A DNA stretch of 60,104 nt, filler included, from Sphacelaria rigidula (lineage: Eukaryota): the NCBI GenBank assembly GCA_964200075.2. It is 6 parts of 6 records of this genome, joined end to end, with 100 filler letters (N's around TTAATTAATTAA, not from the genome) between each part and the next. Parts side by side here need not be neighbours in the genome. Positions count along the whole stretch, not along the records: positions 50,172 to 60,104 come from CAXNAA020007462.1; 5 more parts are not named here. One strand, written 5' to 3'. The notes under the pieces are model-generated. The model saw only the letters and a list, made by a program, of their open reading frames with translations. It searched no databases and had not been told where the DNA came from. The position numbers and the translations under genes were made by a program. The first letter of the stretch is position 1. Each line of letters begins with the position of its first letter. Shown in pieces: positions 50,550-60,104 of this stretch.

Positions 50550-53374
50550 CTGAGGGCAGCGCCGTAGATGGCGTTTTGCGAATGACACACGCACAACAGT
50601 AGCAGCGTTTTGAACCCAAGTCGTCGGTACGTTGGGTTACTATTATATCATAAGTCAGTATGCCAGTATGCTGGGTTTGTGGATCGGGAGTTGTGGGTGT
50701 GGCACGTCCTCTCCGTGCTGCTGCGGGGGCGAAGGAGGGGGGGGGGAGGTTCCATGTTCCAAACAGCACCGTGTAACACTTTCCAGTAAGGTGTGATTCC
50801 ATGTTTCGATTTTTTCTTCCGTCACTCACCAGCGTTGATTTGAATCACCGTGTATTGCTCGTTGCACAGGGCAAGCACGCATGACGCTACGAAGTTAATG
50901 GTATATTGTATTCCTAAAAAGATCACGAGTTCCGCCTGACCATCGGATGTGGGTTTACCTCAGCCCGCCTCCAAAGTATCCATGATTGTTTTTTTTTAAA
51001 TCACGCTAAGTCTGACAATAACCTCAAGCTAAGGCATACCGAGGAGCCTCGGTCAAGGGGGGGTGTAAAATGTGCGTTGGCTGACCTCAAATGGGCGGCA
51101 CCAACGCCGATGTGGACAAAAATACCTCCTGTGCACGAAATTTGATAAGCGCACTCTGGACTGTGAGGCCCACTGAGGGTCCGAGTATTGGTGGTTGCAC
51201 TCAAATCAAGTGAAATTAATCATGACTGATTTGGAAGCGAACTGAAGTAAACTCTACCGGGCCATCGTGGCCTCAGCTTATCGCTTCACTGCAGCTTGTT
51301 ATACGATGGCAAGATATTGCCGACTGAGTGCATCTGACGAATGGGTATGCTGCGTGTGCAGATAGACGGCCCGTAGACATGTCAAATGCAGGCTGGAAAA
51401 CAGGCAGCATAGGGATTGAGTGGCGGATATGAGCAATGCTACGGTAGGGGTGCACTTTTTCGCGCGAAATTTTGTCTGGTTCGGGGGCTCCTAACGATTC
51501 TAGATGCACAAGAATATGGGTCAGGGCATCTCCGTTTGCAAATTCAGTCGGGATATCCCCAGCACATTGGAATAGTAATCCTCGCGTACTCTCACACATT
51601 TTCGTAACTCGTGTTTTGGATTAGATCAAGGACTCTCAACAATTCCAACCTCAGAGAAATATTTATGCACCCCTACCGAAGCATCACTCATATGTTGGTT
51701 CAAGAGGGGAATTTCTGAAGACACACTGTAGAGGTCAAATAGAAGGATGACGAATCTGTGATTACACATGGCATGACCTCAGAAAACTGGGGGTATCTCC
51801 GTTAAGGCCATAATTCTCACCTGCCTATCGCCTCCTGGATCAACCCTCCAGCTTGTTTGGCGACAGTACAGTTTCCGTTTTTACTGTACAAGTGTATTGG
51901 TTAATATTTCCTAAAAGTGAGGTGGTAGAGGCCACCAGATTGCAGTAATAGCATCGATTTATTGGAATTGGAGAAAAACGCTGTACACAGTTAGATGACG
52001 GAAGTGACGGCCGCACGCCCACGCCGTAACCAACCGTTCACGATACAATAATTAAACTCTGTCGGAGTCATGATCCACTTATCATTTCCTCCCCAGTGGT
52101 CAATGGTCAAACGACTAAGGCAAGCAACAAATGAGTACGCCCCCGCCCCCAGTGGAGATTGTATTTTGTACGTCGTACGAAGCCCCACCGGGAACACGTT
52201 ACATAGTTGGAAAGCTGAGAACTAGGTGCATATGAGCTAGTGCTCGTGCTATGAATGACGATTTCTAAGATTCTTCGAACGATGGCCCAGAGTTGGGCAG
52301 TTTGCGGCGACTCTTTCCGGGCATCGGAAGGGGTGGCGAACCTCTCAGTGTCCTGACACCCGTCCATGCTTTACCTCCTCCGCCTTCCTGTTTTGACCAT
52401 TTACAAACATTCTAGACATCGGTTGAAAAAAACGATGAGAAAAGCAGTGTGGAGGCCTCTTTGCAGGCAGCTGTCTACAAGCAAATTAGGTGAACTGCCC
52501 GTTTCTCGAGTGCGGCGTCATCTTCAATACAACAGAGTCGCTTCATCAATGTGTTTTTATCCACCACATCAGTTTCGATCGTTCTGACTCGCGGTCAACT
52601 CTTACCAGTTGACCTCTCGGGAACAGGATACATCCTTGCCTCGAGTCCCGTAACACAGAGTCCCGTTGAACTTCTCCAAGACATGAAGGAACTTCAGTTT
52701 CCAAGGTGTGACCACGCCTAGCAATTCAATTTCTTTGATTTGAAATACCACCCCCCCCCCCCAACCCTGAATTTCGACGTTGGTGTAAAATTGAGGTGCT
52801 ACAGGCTGGGCCGCCCAAGAAGCGGGCTTTCCTTCAGCCGGTTATAACTGACGATTTATCGCGAGTTGTGCCTACCATGACACATCGTGGTAATCTGCAA
52901 ATCAACGCGCGTCTCTCACCTCACGTAGCACTGCGAGCTGATAAGTTCCCATCAAACAACTTACCGAACCGTAGTCAGCTGGTAATTGTAGAGAGTTGAG
53001 GGTGGCATATGCGGCAGAATTGGGGGGGGGGGCGTACTCATTTGTTGCTTGCCTTAGTCATTTGACCATTGACGGCAGAATTAGGGGGGGGAAACGGCTG
53101 AAATCGCATTTACGGTTACAGTCGGTTGTGCCGCAGCCGCAAAGTGATGGTACTGCACTAGTTGTGGTTGTACAACAATTCATGTACTGTAGACGCGCAG
53201 TGTCTGAGATGGCACGCAGACGAGATCTCCAGCGCGCCAAGGCATCTGGTACTAGTGTGCGAACCGGTGAGCAGTCGGTGAACAAAGCTTGTAGAAAACG
53301 TCAAAGTTCCGGCTGAGGTTGATGTACTCTAAAAGCAAGTGAACCTGTTCTCGACATAAAAACGCGATTTCATT

Positions 53375-53667
53375 GCTCAATTTCAGGTCGTTTTCCATGA
53401 AAATTTGGCGCGAAAATTGGGTCGTTTTCTATGAAAGTTTGACACGATGTACAGGACGTGCGTGCGAAGACTCCATCTTCTGCCCCCTACATTTTTTCTC
53501 TGTCTCCCCGAGTTATCGGCGACCAAAAAAATCAGAACATTTCTTCGGAACAAAATCATGAATAACTCACGAAAAAAAAAAAATGTACGGAGCAGAAAAT
53601 GGAGTCTTCGTACATATGTCCTGTACATCGTGCCGAAATTTCAGAGAAAACAACCCAAAATTGAGCT
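53375..53667. mobile_element. Fold-back MITE-like element (~290 bp)
   Basis: gctcaattt...cacgatgtacaggac...cgaagactccat..tctgc..tacattttt is the inverse of aaaaatgta..gcaga..atggagtcttcg...gtcctgtacatcgtg...aaattgagc. Confidence 0.8.
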
Positions 53668-55069
53668 GCATAATCGCATGTTCACATCCCTGTCCGCGTC
53701 TTGCGCGGCCCAGCCTGTACTCAAATTTCAACTCATATGCCACTCCTGGGAATCTGGTCATGCTGCACAGCTGTCAACAACTTTGCGGCGAGATGCGGGT
53801 AATACTACCGAGCAAGAACGCTGCGTCTCGGTAGTCTTATGGTTCAAATGACACCAACAGGGAGGAAAGAACCCCGTTTGATTTCAGCCAGATGCGTTTG
53901 CTTCGATTCTTTCTCGAAAGCATCTGATTTCGGTCGCTGGTAGCATGAGAGTATGAACAGCTAAAATAATGGTTGATTTGACTGAGTTTGTTTGACGAGA
54001 GTCGACGCGGTGAGGGAAATGGAGTGCTGATGGTCATGATACAATCCGCGAGACTAGAACGCAAGGCGTGCGCAGGGGGAGAGATGGCTTGATCCCTTGA
54101 GACACGGACTCGTCCCGAGTTAGGGTATGTGTTCGAGGTGTGACGAGAACAAAAAAAGGTCATCGACGGTTTCTTGTGGGTCCATGCAGAGGTGCTCTTC
54201 CTGTCTAGGTTTCACCCCAACATGATCGAACCCCTACAATAGCCGTGAACTCTAACAACACAAGAGACAAGCTATTCAGTCACTATATAATACTACAGCA
54301 CAAGAATTGACAGGGAGCGTAAAGCTGAGTCACTTCATTGTCGCACATTCACTGCTCTGCTGCGGGTCTACCCATGCTCACGGGATGAACACAAACGTAC
54401 CCACGGTACCGAGGAGAGATGGGTTGATGACTCCCTGAGACCACGGACTCGTCTCGACGAAGCGGAGGGGCTGAAAGTGTGTCTAGAGAAAAAAAAAAGA
54501 GTAAAAAAACGGAAGCTTTCGCTAGATGAAAACTCGAGAAAGAGGGAACGAACAACAAAATAAGAGAAGAAAAACACCAAAACTGAACTCGAAAACAGAA
54601 AAAAAAAAAATCAGAAAAAAAAACAAGAGAAACGTGAAGTTCATAACTTATTCCGTTTGTTCTATCTTTTTTTCCTCCCCTTTTTACGAGAGTTTCCTTG
54701 TGTGTACCTTGGGTACGCGTATCTTGTGGATGATGACCAAGGCAAGGTTGGATCCCCCCGGGGATCAGTGAATGTGCAACAAGCGATCAATCAATCAGTC
54801 AGTTCATCGATCAAGAACTAGTATCGATCGTGATGGGGAAAATGCTACGACATCTTGCCAGGACTGCGGTAAAGGAGGCGGCACGAAAAATAAGGTCGCG
54901 GGAGGAGATTTGTACTCAGCTACGTGGGCACCACGGTTCGGGCACGAAGTCTTATCCGTCAACTCTTGTGCAGGAGAGAATGGCATACTAGACAGGAAGG
55001 AAAAAAAAAAGAACAAAAGGAAACAGCTCTCCACGCGACATCGTTTTGTTTGTAACGTGGGGCGAATTG

Positions 55070-58000
55070 GCGTGTCTTGGCGTCGCCACGCCTACACGAA
55101 CTCCTTAGCCCTTTCTCGATCCCCAGGTGCCATTTGCCCACGTTATTCCCGGTAGTCACCCGATGTCGCCCGTCTTTGACCTCCACGCAGCAGACGATCT
55201 ATTTCCTTTGTTCTTCCTTCCGTGGGACAGCCCCTACCGCACGCAGGTTCTCCTTGCGGCGGTCCCCCCAGTCCTTGGAAGGCCGCTCAGTCTCCTCGGG
55301 CCAGTCTCCTTTATCCCTCATGTGGCCAACAGTCCGAACGTGATGCGCTTGGCGAGACGTGTTTCGTCGTGCCGAACACGGACCCCGCGAAGCAGAGTAA
55401 AATAAATGACGATGGTCGTCTCGATACGTTCTCGAGCACGGCCCAATGCGAAGCGTCTCGTTTCCACCGCGATTCTTCCCGCAGAAATTAGCTGCTCGCA
55501 GTACAGCAGCGGCTCGCTCACGAGAAACAACGTTGTAAAAAAATCACACCCTGGATAACAGATTATCTTGTAAAAACATCACTGCGTACAATATACAATA
55601 TATTGTATATTGCAATAGGCGCAATAGTCGATACTCTACGCAGTACTCTTTTTGACTGTGTATTCTTTTGTCCAGGGTGTGAAAAAAATCAGGTTGAGGT
55701 TACCAAAAACAAAAGTGTTCAGCCTCGGCGACGACCGCTACACCAAGTCCAATACAGCAGACCTTTGCATTAGAGAAGAACTTCAGGCTGAGCCAGATTT
55801 TCAGTTTCTCATGAGCGGGTCGCTACTGTAAAGGCTCGTGTTGAGCAGTGCGCAGGTTCTCGAAGTGCTCTGGGCTAAGCGTTCGGCGCTCACGTTCCAC
55901 GCCCGGACAGCATAGCTTCCAACACCTCCATTTCGAGCAACCGGGTTTTGAGCGATAGGTAAGCATTGGACCGATCGTATAGGTGAAAAACTATGCTTTT
56001 AGAGCAGTGCACACGTACCGCTGCTCCGGCGCTTGATTCGATGGGGGCTATTCGCCTCTTCGTTGATTGCAGCACCAAGGTAGACAAACTCAGCCGTCTG
56101 CTTGTACCGTTCGGCCCGTCGCCTTGACGTGCAGTGCGGTCGGTTTCTGGCGAACCGAGCACTTGTCGAATAAGTATAGCCTGTCTTGTTCTCCGATACG
56201 GTTGGTCCGAATCTCTGACAGACCGCTGTTACCTCACCGTGCGTCGCACTCTCTCCAGCAGCTACTTGTCCGTGCGGCCACCATCCTCATTTTTCGGTGC
56301 ATCATCTGGACATACCGAGTCTGACATGATGGCTGGGTCTACCGCGACATACCATAAATTTACGTCAACCACTGCTGCGCCGAAGATGTTGAACTAGCGG
56401 GGACGAAACGCATCTCCGCTCGAGTCCCTGGCAGACGTGAGATTGCATTTATAGCTCGCCATCATCCAGTTGTATCCAAGCTTGGATGCCAGAGCGCAAC
56501 TTGCGAATATCCTCCATCATCTGCGGCGGGGCTCCGAAACGGGCCTGCGGTCTACGGAGTCGTAACCCCTTCTGCTAGTCGATGAAGCACGTGTTTACTG
56601 GGATACTGCACGCTCGTCCCAACTTCTGCAATCGGCGTACAACAGACATCGTGTCGGTGGATGACCGTTGGGGCCGGAATCCGCACTGTTCTTTCTGGAG
56701 AGCCGCTGTCTCCTCGCAGAGACCACCGAGCCTATGATTTTGAAGAGAGCTTTGTCAGCATGCGTGACGAGGGAGAAGATGCCCCAGTAGTCACCGCACT
56801 CGGTCCTATCCTTTTTCTTGTGCGGCACTTGGGTAGTGACGTCCTTCCACTCCTGTGGCACGTCGCCAGACGTCCAAATAGCAATGATGATGCTATCAAA
56901 GCGATCATATCATCTCCGAAGTCTCCTCGACCAATGTAATCCAAGCTTAGGGCGTGCAGCACGTAGCCCATCCGGCCCTATCGCTTTGCCGTTTAGCGAC
57001 GGCTCTCAGTGTTTCTGCGAGTTCATCCAGGATCGCTGAGTCTCCAAGCGATACAGCTCTCGGCCGTGGTGTAATGTGCTTGACGATTGGATCTTTGACT
57101 TGTCGATGTTATATTCAGCAAAGTAGAAAGGTATCCTTCCCATCTCTCACGGATTGAACCATTGTGCGGTTCAAGTTTCCCTTTCTCGTCCCTGATGAGC
57201 TGCTCGCTCTCTACCTCCTCTCCATCTAAACGACGAAGGCGAGCAACAAACGAGTACGCCCCCCTTCTAACCTCCATACCTTTTTCAATATGCCTGTATC
57301 AGCCTCTCATGTCCTCAATTTTCACATGTGCTCCAGTTCCCCCGTATACATGTCCCAGTAGCTGTCCAACCCGACTTGGAACACATCCTTGAGCCTCTTT
57401 TCTGCACGCTAGTCGCAAGGTGCAGCGTGCAGAGTTATCTCTCAGCCCAAGTCGCATTCCCGATCTCGCCCTCTCCCATTCCCTGGCCTCCATGAACTCG
57501 GATCGGACCGCAGCATCCTCCGACCACCGCTGTACGCGGGACTATCCTTGTACACGGGACTGTCGGGTCGGATATGACATCACTACAGCAGTATCTCGGC
57601 GGATCTCAGGAGTGCGTCGCGAGAGTTCAACGTCAATCAACCCACCGATGGTATGTCTTGGCCTGCCCTGGTCGACCTCGCTGACGATAACATCTATAAC
57701 GTATGAGTTGGTAACGTCTTTTCATCTCAGCCGTTATCTCTCTCGCCTATCTATGCCCTTCCGCTCGGTGAGGGGGCTCACCGGTGATTTCTGCGCGCGA
57801 ATTTTCCCGGGGAAACTTACTGTGATGCACAACGATGTTGTCGTCTGAGCCCCGCGAGTTAGACGGTTGCAGACGGACAACGACATTTCGAGCATGCCGG
57901 CGGTGGGCTTTTGTATGTGATGATGTAATCTATAGTTTCCTGCCCGCGGGACGGGTTGCAATAACGTTGAATAAATGCGATGTACCTTCCCTCGGCGGTA

Positions 58001-58110
58001 TAAAAGAAAAATAACGTTTTGACCAGCGCAGCTCTCTTGTCACAAGTGCAAGTTGCATCAATGCAGTGTCATTGCTCTTGCTATCCCGGGAGCCCCTGTC
58101 GTATTTTACC
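55070..58110 (-). mobile_element. Decayed RTE-like non-LTR retrotransposon (LINE)
   Basis: Collinear remnants: IRDEKG...IRERW..YLSTLLN (~57190-57115), PQEWKD..QVPHKKKDRTECGDYWGI.SLV.HADK.LFKII (~56860-56730), PL*FNIF.AAV (~56400), LYDRSNAYLSLKTRLL..EVLEAML (~55985-55905) and RLAKRITFGLL (~55355). Many stops and frameshifts. Confidence 0.88.
55545..55681. mobile_element. 137-bp MITE with 8-bp target-site duplication, inserted in the LINE
   Basis: TIRs CACACCCTGGA and TCCAGGGTGTG. AAAAAAAT is present on both sides (55537-55544, 55682-55689). Confidence 0.85.
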
Positions 58111-58888
58111 ACTAGTTCACGATTGTCCCCTCATGATCTTGCCCCAGTCTTAGCGCTAGCGCTTCTGAATACAAAGGGATGGTTGTTGTTGAGAACTCGG
58201 CTAACATTACGGTCCAACTTAGCCAAGGTACTACTGTAAAACAGTACACTTGAAGCAGCGAGAGCGTACTACTAACTAAAATGCTCACCAGGGGCGCGGC
58301 AGTATATACATATAGGCAAACATATGTGTCGATAGCTCTACATTCACCCAATCTAATGCGATGTTTGTACCGCTGTCAAAAGCTCGGTGCGAAGCGAAAT
58401 ATTAACGAAGGACACTTTGTCGTCACATTGTTGTGGTCACATCCGCAAAGCGCTGGCGATCACCCCTGATACCACGCCCCTGCCAAACAGGACCAAGACC
58501 TACTGTTGGTACAAAGTTTGTCGCAGAGCATCATAATTGTTGAGTGCGTTTTGGAAAGGTTTTCCTCATTATCGAGGGTATCCTTGGAGTGCGGGGGAGG
58601 GGTACAGGCCTACGACTGGTAAAGCCCCTTGCTGGGAGTGGCCGCTATACCAAAGTTCAATGGAGGATGACAATCAGATATTGCATCAGAAACATCCTTG
58701 CCCATGTGTTTCGGATGCAGACCGCTATAAGCCTACGGCAGTCTTCTTGTGACCGATTGCTTCGATATCGGGTGACTTTTGGTGACTCGTGACTTGATGG
58801 AGTGATTGTCGCACGTCAACTAATCTCCGAGGGACCCAGCCGTGGCCACAGGATACACTCACCCTCATCCGTGTTATGCTGTTTGTTT

Positions 58889-58931
58889 TTGTGTATATGT
58901 GTGTATATGTGTGTATATGTGTGTATATGTG

Positions 58932-58979
<48 letters not shown>
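58889..58979 (+). repeat. Compound microsatellite (TGTGTATATG)n followed by (GTT)n
   Basis: Direct reading: four 10-bp units then about 15 GTT units. Confidence 0.95.
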
Positions 58980-60104
58980 CGCTGCTCGCGTTCGTCTTTC
59001 CTTTCTGTGGCTGTTGCTTTTGTTCCTTCTTTGTTTCTTAGGCCGCGTCTTCTAAAATTTTCTTCGATTCGAACGAGTTCGTGCGGCGGAACTGATTCAG
59101 TTCGCTTCGCTATGGTTGGCTTCGAGAGAATTTGTACGCTTTGAATCGAAAAGGCTAAGCGAAATTCGTGAAGCGGTACTTCTTTACTTATTTTCAATAG
59201 GCAGTACAGCAGTACAGTACAGTACAGGCAGAACAGACGGTACAGACTGTACAACAACAATGGCGACCTGTACTGTCTAGATAGTGTGTGTGTGTTTCGC
59301 ACAGCATACGGGCGCGATGTGGAAAAGAAGCGGGGAACGCAACATACCGACAGCACACCTTTCTGACTCTCTGCATTCAGGAGGACGCGAAGCAGATTTG
59401 AACCACGAGCAGCTTTGCACCACCTCTACTGTTGGCCATGAGCGCGTTGGCAATTCGATCGCCCACCCCGACACGCAACTCAGTCGGTGGACCCTGCCAC
59501 AAAATTAGATGCCCAAGTTTTTGCCAACAAGAAGAAACACTATCATGCCACAAGTGTGGTGGTGTCGGTTTCCCATCACCGCGGTGTATGTATCCCTGCG
59601 CTCAGTTCGTGATCTATCCCGCAGGGTTGAGCAGGTAGCTGCGAATGAACCATATGGGATTTGCGTAATTCTGTGAAAGGGTGGTATCTGGCACGGTTGT
59701 CTGCAACACAGTAGTTACGTGCCCCTTCGTTTATTTCGCCGCTCGTTTCGCCCGTAAAGGCTTAGAGCCCGTTTTATCGAGTCCAAAAATGTCGGAACGC
59801 GGCGTGATGGTGATCGTGATTGTGACGGTTGGGGATGTTTTTTTTTTCTTCCATGATTCCGATTGGTTGTGATTTGATGCCATATTCTCATCTCCCCCAA
59901 AATCACGCTCAGGGCGTGTCTTAGCACTTTTCTATCGATCGAAAAAGTGCGATCGAAGTTTTTTCTGCCTATCGGATAGGTCCAGCGCATTTATGCTCCT
60001 CGAAGGCTTCAACTCAAAATTATAATTAGCGGCGCGCGGAGAAGAATGCAACGAGTGAAAAAACATTTTTTTTTCGATCGAAAACATGCAGTCTAAAGGC
60101 ACGA

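Noticed and set aside
55200..55325. Exon-like MRDKGDWPEETERPSKDWGD... with a gtaggg donor
   Set aside because: Collinear with the C-terminal region of the RTE-like LINE remnant.
58802..59356. Poly-Gln, poly-Leu and poly-Cys ORFs
   Set aside because: Translations of the (GTT)n microsatellite.

Overview
This window is not one locus. It is six unlinked, length-sorted contigs of 9933-9935 bp (1-9935, 10036-19970, 20071-30004, 30105-40038, 40139-50071, 50172-60104) joined by artificial 100-bp N/TTAATTAATTAA spacers. The DNA is eukaryotic, intron-rich and repeat-rich. An aureochrome gene indicates a photosynthetic stramenopile, and the long repeat-filled introns suggest a brown alga. Genes reconstructed by hand from GT-AG exons with consistent phases: an unknown minus-strand gene and the 3' end of a GTPBP1-like translational GTPase (contig 1), the 5' part of a pyruvate/branched-chain dehydrogenase kinase with a long low-complexity N-terminal extension (contig 2), and most of a bZIP-LOV aureochrome (contig 3). 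The rest is largely mobile or repetitive: a family of ~100-bp piggyBac-like MITEs including a nested insertion, several fold-back MITEs, 41/82-bp minisatellites, an internally deleted Ty3/gypsy element with near-identical LTRs, a decayed RTE-like LINE and short dispersed repeats. Most entries in the ORF track are spurious. I found no convincing novel multi-gene system. The best leads are the aureochrome variant and the self-nesting MITE family.
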